Below are positions 55,109 to 64,000 of a DNA stretch of 64,000 nt, piece by piece; within the stretch, counting starts at the first letter, position 1; the number at the start of each line of letters is the position of its first letter. The position numbers and the translations under genes are program-made. This stretch comes from Escherichia phage B9-1. Where the stretch lies: the sequence record OQ420740.1, one strand, 5' to 3'. The notes below the pieces were generated by a model. The model made no database searches. It worked only from the letters and a program-made list of their open reading frames with translations, and was not told the origin of the DNA.

Positions 55109-55699
55109 ATGTTTTTATGGGAAAGACCTAGATATCTTCCAGATATTAGATTGGAGTTGCTGGCAGATATTGTTACGTTTAAAAGCCCGTTTACAGGTAA
55201 GACGCAAAAAGTAACCTATGCCACGCCCAACTGGAAAGGAACTTTGACGGTTTCCAATATAAGTGAGTCCCAGCTATTGGAGCTTAAAAGTTTTGTTGAT
55301 CAGGTTTACAAAGATGGAAACATTTTTCTTATCAAGGCTTATGGTCATTCAGTTACTTCCAATGAGCCAATCGCTCTAGGACCAACTGGTAATGACGATT
55401 TTTTGAAGACGGTTGGTTGGGAACCGAACAGAGATATAGTCAGGGCTGGGGATAAAATATCTGTCAATGATGAGTTGAAAGTTGTGACATCCTCAGTGCG
55501 AAGTGATGGTGTGGGGGCAGCTGTTATAAACATATCACCAAGACTTAGAAAACCTATTGCCGCAGGGGATACTATGAAGATAATAACTCAATCTCCGAAG
55601 GGTAGATTTCATATCAGGGATCTCTATAAGATTAAGCAAAAGGTTGATGCTATGCAGAAAGGTGATAATATAGTTATCAACTTTTTTGAGGATTTCTAA
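55109..55699 (+). CDS. tail tip/baseplate protein (putative)
   Basis: 196-aa ORF. Confidence 0.3.
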   Translation: MFLWERPRYLPDIRLELLADIVTFKSPFTGKTQKVTYATPNWKGTLTVSNISESQLLELKSFVDQVYKDGNIFLIKAYGHSVTSNEPIALGPTGNDDFLKTVGWEPNRDIVRAGDKISVNDELKVVTSSVRSDGVGAAVINISPRLRKPIAAGDTMKIITQSPKGRFHIRDLYKIKQKVDAMQKGDNIVINFFEDF

Positions 55700-56252
55700 G
55701 ATGATAAGAGCGCCATTAGATAATTTATTTCTTGAAAAGCTAGAGCTTGATAGTGTTGAGATCTTAATTGCCGCAAAGCTAGAGCTGCCAACAGGAACTG
55801 TCAGGGTGTGCTCAGGCACTGGTGTTGTGGTGATTGAGGGGCAGCATTTTATAGGGATAGGTGGATCAGCAACATTGACTGCTGTATCTGAGAAAGATGC
55901 CACCAACTTTGGGTCTGTGGTAGCAACATTGAACGGGTTTGATCCCAAGTATGTAGGTGATCTGCTGAAGACGGAGTATTCGGGTTGTCGTGCCACGTTG
56001 TATATCACGGCTATGGAGAATGGTTTACCTGTTACAACCAATGGCTTGTTTGACGGCCTTATAACAGACATGGCTATTCAGACAGGGGAGAATAGTGCTT
56101 TGTCCATATCCATATCTTCCATCTTCAACAGCTGGTTAAGAGGTTTTCCTTATCGATACACAGAGGAGAGCCATAGCTCAAGAAACGATAATGACAGATT
56201 TTTTAAATATGTGGATCAGGTGGCAAGCCGCCCGATCATTTGGGAGGTTTAA
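55686..56252 (+). CDS. tail tip/baseplate protein (putative)
   Basis: 188-aa ORF overlapping its neighbours. Confidence 0.3.
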   Translation: MRISKMIRAPLDNLFLEKLELDSVEILIAAKLELPTGTVRVCSGTGVVVIEGQHFIGIGGSATLTAVSEKDATNFGSVVATLNGFDPKYVGDLLKTEYSGCRATLYITAMENGLPVTTNGLFDGLITDMAIQTGENSALSISISSIFNSWLRGFPYRYTEESHSSRNDNDRFFKYVDQVASRPIIWEV

Positions 56253-56677
56253 TGAGCACACACCCTCGTTTAGTGGACTGGCAAGAAAGATTGTGGAAAG
56301 TGTTTGACGAAGAAGCCACCGTCCCGTTTGAATGGGGATTCCACGATTGCTGCACTTTTGCGGCTAAGTGTGTTGATGCCCAATACGGAACAGATTTTCT
56401 TTCTAACTTTGAAGGAACGTATAAAACAGAGTTGGAAAGCAAAAGATGGTGCATGCTTCGTTTCAAAACCACACATCTGCCTACTATTTTTGATCTCTTT
56501 TTGACTCGACTGGATACTCCTAAACAGGTTCAGCGTGGTGATATTGTTATTTTCGAAGGTCTGAACGGGCTCACCGCTGGTGTGTTCTGGAACAACCAGA
56601 TTTGGGCGAAAGGTGATAAAGGGATCTTTATGTTCGACATGAAAGATTCTATCGTTGTTGATGTCTGGAGGTATTAA
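56240..56677 (+). CDS. tail protein with NlpC/P60-like Cys-His signature (tentative)
   Basis: 145 aa; 'WGFHDCCTFAAKCV' and downstream 'GDIVIFEG' resemble the papain-like fold of lambda gpK-type proteins. Confidence 0.3.
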   Translation: MGGLMSTHPRLVDWQERLWKVFDEEATVPFEWGFHDCCTFAAKCVDAQYGTDFLSNFEGTYKTELESKRWCMLRFKTTHLPTIFDLFLTRLDTPKQVQRGDIVIFEGLNGLTAGVFWNNQIWAKGDKGIFMFDMKDSIVVDVWRY

Positions 56678-59600
56678 TGCCAATTGCAATGATTGATAAC
56701 ATCGTTGCTTCTGCAAGATCTTCGAGCTATGACTGGAACGCATCCAAGGCAGCTCTGGCTGACAGCCTGAACACTGTTACCACCAGAACCCTTGATAAGA
56801 TTTTCGAAGGCAACAAATCTTACAGAAGTCAACAAGATAGACAAAAACTTCTCAGATCTTCTGCTGCACCTTGCTCTGTAGTATATGGGAAGACACGCAC
56901 ATCTGGATTGCTTGCGTTTTTAGAGCAGGACAGGGACAGAACCCTTCATTGTGCTATTGTTCTTGCCAATCATCCCTTGGAAGGTATAGAAGATATACTT
57001 ATCGACGGTAATCCTATTTCCTCGTATGGGGATTTGGTATCGTGGGAGTTGCATAATGACAGGAAAACCTCTGATCCTTTCATGGGCACACACTGCCCTT
57101 CGTGGTCACCAGACATGATAGGTAGAGGGATCAGTTGGCTACGTGCCAGCTTTAAGTTTGACCCTAACAAGTTTCCTTTTGGGTTGCCAAACGTTACACT
57201 CGTCAAGGTTGGTAAAAAATGTTATGATCCTCGTATCAGTAAAGAGGTGTATACCAACAACGCTGCCTTGGTGATTCTGGACTATCTAAGAACGTACCTT
57301 AAATGTCCTGACGAAACCATCAACTGGGAGTCCTTCAAGGAAGCTGCCAACATATGCGACGAGGCTGTAAAAAACGCGGACGGAACCAGTGAGCGCCGTT
57401 ACACCATTAATGGTGAGTTCGACATGGACGAAGCACCAGCAAGTATTATGGCAGAAATGCTGAAGGCTTGTGGTGCAGACCTTAGCTATGTAGCTGGCAA
57501 ATACGGTCTGCTGGTAGGTGCATACTATGGCCCGGCAACAATGACACTGAGTGAGGACTGTGTTTGCGGTGAGGTTAAGATCTATCCTGAAGCCTCCTTC
57601 GACAAAAGATCAAACACAATAACTGGGAGATTCACCAGTCCAACCAAAGGGTATTCTGAAACAGACTTCCCATCGGTGTTCGTACCTGAATGGGTAGAGA
57701 AGGACGGAGAAAGAAAGATAATTGATATAGATTATCGTTTTGTTACCAGTCCTTATCAGGCTCAGCGTGTTTCCGCAATATTCTTAAGACGTGCCAGAGC
57801 TGGCAGGATTATTGAAGTAACCTGCAATATGAGGGGTTTTAAATTTAAGCCTGGGCGTTACGTTACGATGGACCTCCCAAGTATTGGTATAGTGGGCCAA
57901 GAAATGAGGGTTCTTGAATGGGAGTTCACCAAAAAGGGCGGTGTCAAGGTAAAACTCCGTCAAGATGCTAAAGAGTGGAATGATGCCACAGGGCAACTTC
58001 CGGATTCTGGAGATGTGGATATTCCGATATCCCCGTCCGGTGTAGCTCAACCGCAAAACTTCAGATACTCTGTTCTTCAAGCTGGGGAAGTAACTCATGG
58101 TGTTTTGGCTTGGGACAACGTTGGAACTTATGCTCAAAATATTGTGCAGGTAAGAAAGAACGGAGAGATTATTTGGACAGCACAAACAGTCGAGCAGTTT
58201 GTCCGCGTAGAAGGATTGACCAAAGGGTCATACACAGCAACCGTGGTTGCAACATCTTATAAGGGTGGTGTATCTCCAGAAGCCTACTGCGAGTTCAACA
58301 TTCAAGCACCTGAAGCTCCTGTTTCTGTAGAAGTTAAGCAGGGATACTTTGCTATCACCTTGATTCCGCACAGCAGGGACTTAGCAAGTGTAAGCACCCA
58401 GTATGATTTTTGGACATCTGGTATGACAAGGTTGCCGGACACAAGTGATGCAACCGTTACTTCAAAAGCCACCCGTATGGGTGTTGGTTCAACTTGGACA
58501 TCTGAAGGTCTGCAGAACGATAAGATTTATTATTGGTATATTCGAACCACAAACGCTTTTGGTAGTTCTCAGTTTGTAGAATGCGCTGCACGCTGCTACA
58601 CCTCTATTGAAGATTTGATGCCTCAGATAGATGCTGAATTTAAAAAGACAGAAACTTATAAAGAGTTGATGAGCACTTTAGATTCCTCTATCGAGGAGGT
58701 TGAAAATCGTGTCACAGAGCTTAACAAGTACATGGACGGAAGGGTAGATGAGGCATTCCAACAACTTGGAGATAGGATAGGTGCGGTAGTTACAGAGACA
58801 ACTCAGAAGTTTGAGGATGTCAATGGAAATATCACAGCTCTGGATAGGAAACTTGTTGCTGCACAGAACAAGTTCACCAACGATCTGAACACTGAAAGTG
58901 GAAGACTGGCATCCCTGATCGAGACAACCAATAAAGCAACCACTGATCTTCTGAACAAAAAGACAGAGGCTTTAGACGAGAAATTGGTTGCAGCCAAAGG
59001 GGAGTTGGTAGAACAAATAAGTGGTGTGGAGAGCGGATACCTTGCCGGAGATAAAACTCTAGATGGCAAGATCAATACCCAGAGAACGGAACTTGATGCA
59101 AGCATCTTAAGCACCAACCAGGCGACAGTGGATCTTCTCAACAGGACATCTGAAACTCTGGATCAAAAGATCAGTCAGACAAACGCGACGGTATCTAAGA
59201 ACTATACCACCCTTGATGGTAAGATAACTACCGCAAAAACTGATCTCAATACCTTGATTGCCAATACCAACAAGGCCACCACAGATTTGTTGAATCAGAA
59301 AACCTCTGCACTGTCGGAGCAGATAACTTCTGCACGTGGGGAAATTTCTACCAACAAACAGGCGATTAAGGATTTAGATGGGAAGCTGACCTCCACAAAA
59401 ACAGCACTGGACGCTACAATCTCCGATACCAACAAAGCAACCGTGGATCTTATTAACGGCACAGCGTCAGCTATTCGTCAAGAACTTGCTGTTGCTAAGC
59501 AGGAGATCATTGATGATGTCGGTGATGTGTCAGAGCTTAGAGCTGCAGTAGCTACAACATCTAAGGCTGTGACAGACTTAGAGGGCAAAGTAAATGCTCA

Positions 59601-60516
59601 ATGGGGCACAAAAATACAGGTAGACTCCGCAGGGAATAAGTATGTGGCAGGTATCCAGTTAGGCATGGAAGGCTCTGGAGGCCAAGTTCAGTCATATTTC
59701 ATGGTTAGCGCAAACAACTTTGCGGTATACAACCCAGGCAATGGAACAGCAACCCTTGCTTTCGCAATCAAGAACAACCAAGCGTTCTTGAAAGACGCTT
59801 TTATAGAGAACGGCACGATCTCTTCTGCCAAGATCGCGCAAGAAATTTCGTCAAACAACTACGATGGCAATGGGTACCACAAATACGGTTGGTATATTAA
59901 CAAGAACGGGCACGCCCAGTTTATGGATGTGTGGGTGAAAGGTAACATCAACGCTAGTGCAGGTAACTTCACAGGGGCAGTTAACGCCACCAGTGGTACC
60001 TTCCGTGGGGATGTTTATGCCAACAATGGTAGCTTTAGAGGGACCATAGATGCAACAGGAGGTACATTCCGTGGACGTGTAGAAGCTTCCGTTATCCGTG
60101 CTAACCAGTTCGAAGGTGCGATTGTTGCACACAGGACTTACGGAGATTGTGCTCCAGTATATAACTCGCAGCAAAGGGTTTGCCGTTGGAGGTGGAGATA
60201 TGTGGACAACGTGCAAGGCCAAGGTAAAAACGTAACATTCTTCTTTAAACTGAACGGTACACTTGCTAATTCTCAATTAAACGCGTGGATAGCAGGTCAT
60301 CAGCTGCTTGCTGGCAAGAAGTATTTTAATAACAACGATGGCATGTGTGCAGTTGGGATAACAGGTCTAGGTGAACAAACTATAGACATTATTATCGAGA
60401 TTTACACACCCTGGTCAACAGGGAACGTGACAGGAGTTACAATATCTTGTCCTACAGTCGTTGTAAGTCGTTCTAACTCAAGTTTCCAGGGACCTTGGAA
60501 CGAGTCTCACGACTAA
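56677..60516 (+). CDS. tail fiber/host-specificity protein with lambda gpJ-like domains
   Basis: 1279 aa; 'KYVAGIQLGMEGSGGQVQSYFMVSANNFAVYNPGNGT' parallels lambda J '[37 protein letters not shown]'; also 'IYYWYIRTTNAFG' versus J 'YYFYIRSVNTVG'. Confidence 0.65.
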   Translation: MPIAMIDNIVASARSSSYDWNASKAALADSLNTVTTRTLDKIFEGNKSYRSQQDRQKLLRSSAAPCSVVYGKTRTSGLLAFLEQDRDRTLHCAIVLANHPLEGIEDILIDGNPISSYGDLVSWELHNDRKTSDPFMGTHCPSWSPDMIGRGISWLRASFKFDPNKFPFGLPNVTLVKVGKKCYDPRISKEVYTNNAALVILDYLRTYLKCPDETINWESFKEAANICDEAVKNADGTSERRYTINGEFDMDEAPASIMAEMLKACGADLSYVAGKYGLLVGAYYGPATMTLSEDCVCGEVKIYPEASFDKRSNTITGRFTSPTKGYSETDFPSVFVPEWVEKDGERKIIDIDYRFVTSPYQAQRVSAIFLRRARAGRIIEVTCNMRGFKFKPGRYVTMDLPSIGIVGQEMRVLEWEFTKKGGVKVKLRQDAKEWNDATGQLPDSGDVDIPISPSGVAQPQNFRYSVLQAGEVTHGVLAWDNVGTYAQNIVQVRKNGEIIWTAQTVEQFVRVEGLTKGSYTATVVATSYKGGVSPEAYCEFNIQAPEAPVSVEVKQGYFAITLIPHSRDLASVSTQYDFWTSGMTRLPDTSDATVTSKATRMGVGSTWTSEGLQNDKIYYWYIRTTNAFGSSQFVECAARCYTSIEDLMPQIDAEFKKTETYKELMSTLDSSIEEVENRVTELNKYMDGRVDEAFQQLGDRIGAVVTETTQKFEDVNGNITALDRKLVAAQNKFTNDLNTESGRLASLIETTNKATTDLLNKKTEALDEKLVAAKGELVEQISGVESGYLAGDKTLDGKINTQRTELDASILSTNQATVDLLNRTSETLDQKISQTNATVSKNYTTLDGKITTAKTDLNTLIANTNKATTDLLNQKTSALSEQITSARGEISTNKQAIKDLDGKLTSTKTALDATISDTNKATVDLINGTASAIRQELAVAKQEIIDDVGDVSELRAAVATTSKAVTDLEGKVNAQWGTKIQVDSAGNKYVAGIQLGMEGSGGQVQSYFMVSANNFAVYNPGNGTATLAFAIKNNQAFLKDAFIENGTISSAKIAQEISSNNYDGNGYHKYGWYINKNGHAQFMDVWVKGNINASAGNFTGAVNATSGTFRGDVYANNGSFRGTIDATGGTFRGRVEASVIRANQFEGAIVAHRTYGDCAPVYNSQQRVCRWRWRYVDNVQGQGKNVTFFFKLNGTLANSQLNAWIAGHQLLAGKKYFNNNDGMCAVGITGLGEQTIDIIIEIYTPWSTGNVTGVTISCPTVVVSRSNSSFQGPWNESHD

Positions 60517-60525
60517 CCTTTAAAG

Positions 60526-60552
60526 CCCCGCTTCGGCGGGGTTTATTTTTAT
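60526..60552 (+). terminator. rho-independent terminator
   Basis: Hairpin ccccgc-ttcg-gcgggg followed by 'tttatttttat'. Confidence 0.8.
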
Positions 60553-60559
60553 GCTCAGA

Positions 60560-60588
60560 TTGACTATTGTTACAAAATTTGGTAAAAT
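60560..60588 (+). promoter_or_regulatory. sigma70-like promoter (TTGACT-N17-TAAAAT)
   Basis: Extended -10 'tggTAAAAT'. Confidence 0.5.
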
Positions 60589-60621
60589 ACCTTGTAGAGA
60601 TTTTCATACCGGAGGAGTGAC

Positions 60622-62112
60622 GTGGCTAAGTATGGATTGACAGAGGCTGGTTTCGTTATACCAACTCTAAATGACCTAATCGTTGAAACTAAGCAAAGCC
60701 TGATCCGTGCTTTTGGCGAAAACTTCAACGTACAAAGTAACTCCGTTGCAGATAAGCTGACCACTATCTTCAACGAGCGAGAGTATCAACTTATTCTTAT
60801 GGCAGCATCTGTATACGCATCGCAGACGCTGTATGGGGCAGAAGGTATTTACCTTGATGAACTTCTTGGAAGGCAAGGTATTTATCGAAGAGGCCGTTCT
60901 AAATCATCAGGTACTTGCCAGTTGACAATTAACACAACTGTGCCGTACAATATGATTTATGATTCCAAAACCTACACGCTGGACAGTGGCAACTTTGTTC
61001 TTAGCAACGATGTGCAGGTGGCGGGAAATCTTATTGCTCACAGAATAAACGCTCCAGACCTAAGAATTGGGAAATACAACTTTCAAATTACCAACCAGAC
61101 AGATGGAAGTATCAAAACAAAAAGTCTGGTTTTAACAGATAAGGCTCTGGACTCTTCTGATTTGCCAAGCTTTTACGGCGAGATTAAGCAATTCATTGTC
61201 GATAATACAACCCTGCTGAATGATGATTTAATTCAGATAGATATGTTGACAGGGACGTTGTGGATAGGGTACAATTCGAATCTTGATCAAGTTGGACTTA
61301 ATAGCAGGGTAGATTTCAGAGTATCCCCGATTGTAGGGGAAAGAACTATCACCCTAGATGTTATCGCTAACGAGGCTGGTGAGCTGTCAAGAGAGGCAGA
61401 AACCGTGACAACAATGTCACCTACTCCCAGTGGATTTATCAAGCTTACCAACCGAGAAAGATTCAATGAGGGCAGGGATGTTGAGAAAGACTCTGAGTAT
61501 CGCCTAAGAGCTTCCAGCACTAAGCAGTTAACATCTAAAGCTACCCGCCCTGCAATTCTTAGCGCTGTAAGCGAGGTGAAAGGTGTTGAGAAAGTAAGAG
61601 TGTTCTCCAACAACACCGATAAAACGGATGCGAAAGGTATACCACCTTATAAGTTTCAAGTGGTGGTGTTTGGTGGTGCAACAGAGGATATCTGTCAGGC
61701 GCTGTATCAAACCATAGCTTGCACAAACAGAACTTATGGGAATATCTTCTACGATATTACCACATCGGACGGTCAGACTGAAAGGATTTATTACTCCAAG
61801 GCAAATACCTACCGCCTAGATGTAAGAATTACCTACTCAGGTGCTGCGCTTTCCACAACCGAAAAAGATGCCATTGTAGAGGCTCTTTTGCAGGTTGTTA
61901 ACGGACTGGATGTTGCAGATACGTTGTACAATATTCAATTGGTTGGTGCTGCATCGGCTGCTGTGTCAATAGGCAGATTTAACAGACTTGTAATTCAAGT
62001 CAAACCTGTGGGGGCCTCTGATGAAGCTTACACCACAAACGATATTGTTGCAAACATGACTGAGGTGTTTGATCTAGACGAAAGTAATATAACTTTCCAA
62101 CAAACTATTTAA
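60622..62112 (+). CDS. baseplate J-like protein (contractile-tail baseplate wedge family)
   Basis: 496 aa; C-terminal half 'RDVEKDSEYRLRA...AILSAVSEVKGVEKVRV...PPYKFQVVVFGG' follows the baseplate-J pattern. Confidence 0.5.
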   Translation: MAKYGLTEAGFVIPTLNDLIVETKQSLIRAFGENFNVQSNSVADKLTTIFNEREYQLILMAASVYASQTLYGAEGIYLDELLGRQGIYRRGRSKSSGTCQLTINTTVPYNMIYDSKTYTLDSGNFVLSNDVQVAGNLIAHRINAPDLRIGKYNFQITNQTDGSIKTKSLVLTDKALDSSDLPSFYGEIKQFIVDNTTLLNDDLIQIDMLTGTLWIGYNSNLDQVGLNSRVDFRVSPIVGERTITLDVIANEAGELSREAETVTTMSPTPSGFIKLTNRERFNEGRDVEKDSEYRLRASSTKQLTSKATRPAILSAVSEVKGVEKVRVFSNNTDKTDAKGIPPYKFQVVVFGGATEDICQALYQTIACTNRTYGNIFYDITTSDGQTERIYYSKANTYRLDVRITYSGAALSTTEKDAIVEALLQVVNGLDVADTLYNIQLVGAASAAVSIGRFNRLVIQVKPVGASDEAYTTNDIVANMTEVFDLDESNITFQQTI

Positions 62113-62123
62113 GGCGGTGAGAT

Positions 62124-62810
62124 ATGGCAGAGATTAAGTCGGATGTCAACCACATCCACACTCTGCCAGATTTTGTTCAGGGAGGTCTTGATTACCTCCC
62201 TGGGGATTTTCTGGCTGAGAAGGTTAATTTAGTCACATTCTTAACCGTGTACCTTAAAAGGTTGGAGAATGTTGATAAAATGCTGGTAGGCTTGGCTGAA
62301 GGAAGACTGCTTAACAATGCCAGCGGGAGATACCTTGACGAAGTTGGTAATCAACTTGGTATTCTTAGGAATGGTCTTTCAGACGCGGATTTTCGTGCTA
62401 CGCTGATTATTCAGCAGGCAGCATCATCAAGAGGTGGTACTCGCGAAGATGTCATCTCCACCTTACGACAGTTGTTCGGAAGAGATAATTTCGATACGTG
62501 GAAAGGTGACAATTTCAGGTTTGACATAAACATTAGAAAAACTTGCTTTGACATATTGCAGTCTATCGACCAGATCTTAGATATGCTGCCATTGCCTTGT
62601 CATTTGCGTCTTACGGAGTCGCAAGGGCAAGCTTTTGGTTTTGAAGGAGACTCTACAGCTCTCGGCTTCGGATCAGTGTGGGAAGAAAACCAGTTCGGGG
62701 TTGGTGGGCTGGCTACTTTGCTATATGTTCCTGACGTAAGACCTGATTGGGATACCACAACTATTTATTGTGAAAGTATTACAGTAAACGCAACTAGACA
62801 GGAGGGTTAA
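62124..62810 (+). CDS. baseplate/tail protein (P2 gpI-like position)
   Basis: 228-aa ORF immediately after the baseplate J-like gene. Confidence 0.35.
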   Translation: MAEIKSDVNHIHTLPDFVQGGLDYLPGDFLAEKVNLVTFLTVYLKRLENVDKMLVGLAEGRLLNNASGRYLDEVGNQLGILRNGLSDADFRATLIIQQAASSRGGTREDVISTLRQLFGRDNFDTWKGDNFRFDINIRKTCFDILQSIDQILDMLPLPCHLRLTESQGQAFGFEGDSTALGFGSVWEENQFGVGGLATLLYVPDVRPDWDTTTIYCESITVNATRQEG

Positions 62811-64000
62811 TGGCAACAGCTGTTTTTAAACCTTACCGTGATTACTCTACGATGGCTGCACGGTTTCATTACCGCACAGTTCAGGATACTGCAGTTCCGG
62901 GTAGGGATTATGATCATGTTGAGGGTGATGTAACTATCCCGGTTGGGGCAACCAGTATTGAGATCCCTGTAGAAATTGTTGACAAATTGCCAAACAGGTT
63001 GCCAAGAAGCTTCTTTATGGAGTTTTCATCAAACTCCCAAGGGGTTATGATTGGAACACAAAGAGCGAAATGTACAATAGTTTCAGATGAGAATCTTGAC
63101 AGAATATCTTGGGATACCGTTGAGGAGAGAATGTTTCACCCAAGATACTGGGTTACAACCACGCAGCAGACTGAAAGCACCTGTATTGTTGCGGATAATA
63201 ACTGCTGTATTAACCGTTTAGTGTCAAGAACATATGGAGGCATGGCTGGGTGCATTTGGGAAACAGTTGACAAGTATGACCATTTCGGCATTGGATTTGA
63301 TGATCACTACGAGATGAGAAACACCAAGCTTTGGTTCAGAATGTCAATAACCAATGCCAGCAACTTCTCCACCCCTGAAAAGATGATTATGACTGTAGAC
63401 CTTGTTGATGGTACAATCATCTATGTTCCTTTAGCTCAATATGCTGTCAGCATCTCAGAGGATAAGAATGTTGCAGAAATTCATATTGATTTCGAGGACT
63501 GCGTCGGGATGGACCAGAACAACAACATGATGGGTGTTGATCCTCGGCAGGTGAGAAGGATTTTAATACCGCTTATGCCTAAAGATTGGGTAAGTAATAG
63601 CACAGACCCAAGAACGGAAAATGTAGAGTGTGAGCTGCGTCTAGATCTGCTTCAGCCGGACACAGGCTGGAAAATGATGCAACTTAACAATATCCAGGTG
63701 AAAGAGCACGACGTCGGGATCTGCACAGCATATGACGATATGTGGAACGTATCCCCTTTAAGGGTGTTGAGCAATATCAAGCGTCTGGGCTATACCGGAA
63801 CCATAAATCATTATGTTGGTATGAGTCATTATTATGACTACACATGGTCAGGAACCCAATGGTCTATAAACAAAACAGGAGCTCTAAACGCTGCAGCTTA
63901 TAAATGGCATGATGATTTTATGTACAATGCCAAACGACATGACTTCGACGTTATGCAGTCTGTAAGCTTTGAGCTTTATAGCGATGCCTGCCCGTTGGAA
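62810..64000 (+). CDS. tail fiber/baseplate-associated protein (3' end runs off the window)
   Basis: ATG at 62810 overlapping the upstream stop, RBS GGAGGG; frame open to the window end. Confidence 0.35.
   Translation, partial: MATAVFKPYRDYSTMAARFHYRTVQDTAVPGRDYDHVEGDVTIPVGATSIEIPVEIVDKLPNRLPRSFFMEFSSNSQGVMIGTQRAKCTIVSDENLDRISWDTVEERMFHPRYWVTTTQQTESTCIVADNNCCINRLVSRTYGGMAGCIWETVDKYDHFGIGFDDHYEMRNTKLWFRMSITNASNFSTPEKMIMTVDLVDGTIIYVPLAQYAVSISEDKNVAEIHIDFEDCVGMDQNNNMMGVDPRQVRRILIPLMPKDWVSNSTDPRTENVECELRLDLLQPDTGWKMMQLNNIQVKEHDVGICTAYDDMWNVSPLRVLSNIKRLGYTGTINHYVGMSHYYDYTWSGTQWSINKTGALNAAAYKWHDDFMYNAKRHDFDVMQSVSFELYSDACPLE

Noticed and set aside
1-64000. Temperate lifestyle or integrated prophage
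   Set aside because: No integrase, repressor/Cro pair, attachment site or host genes seen; gene content is that of a virulent phage.
1-64000. Identity with T5-like phages, suggested by strong sigma70 promoters, tRNAs, a HAD nucleotidase and a large tail
   Set aside because: The endolysin is lambda R-type, and the capsid, scaffold and decoration layout and tail gene sizes do not fit what I recall of T5; no taxonomic assignment is made.

Overview
This window looks like part of a large virulent tailed dsDNA phage of a Gram-negative host (lambda R-type endolysin, two-component spanins, many near-consensus sigma70 promoters, no integrase or repressor seen). Positions 1-22725 are almost entirely minus-strand genes for nucleotide metabolism, replication and recombination: PhoH, anaerobic and aerobic ribonucleotide reductases (NrdG, NrdD, glutaredoxin, NrdB, NrdA), dUTPase-like, ThyX-like, HAD nucleotidase, dNMP kinase-like, an N6-adenine DNA methyltransferase, DnaQ-like and FEN-like exonucleases, endonuclease VII, a RuvC-like resolvase, endolysin, ATP-dependent DNA ligase, a SIR2-family protein and an Rnl1-like RNA ligase. 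At about 22.7-22.8 kb transcription switches to the plus strand: a Pnk-like kinase and a calcineurin-type phosphoesterase, a regulatory block with four palindromic iteron-like repeats, small genes, a cluster of six clear tRNAs plus one atypical tRNA-like element, spanins, then the structural module (large terminase, portal, scaffold, lambda E-like capsid, sheath-sized and tube-sized tail genes, a tail chaperone with a -1 frameshift site, tape measure, baseplate and fiber genes, a lambda J-like protein, and a baseplate-J-like protein). The most interesting candidate is a split RNA end-healing and sealing cassette (RNA ligase + polynucleotide kinase + metallophosphoesterase) beside SIR2 and the tRNA cluster, which reads as a counter-defence island. 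All calls rest on motif recognition by eye and on ORF geometry; no database search was run.
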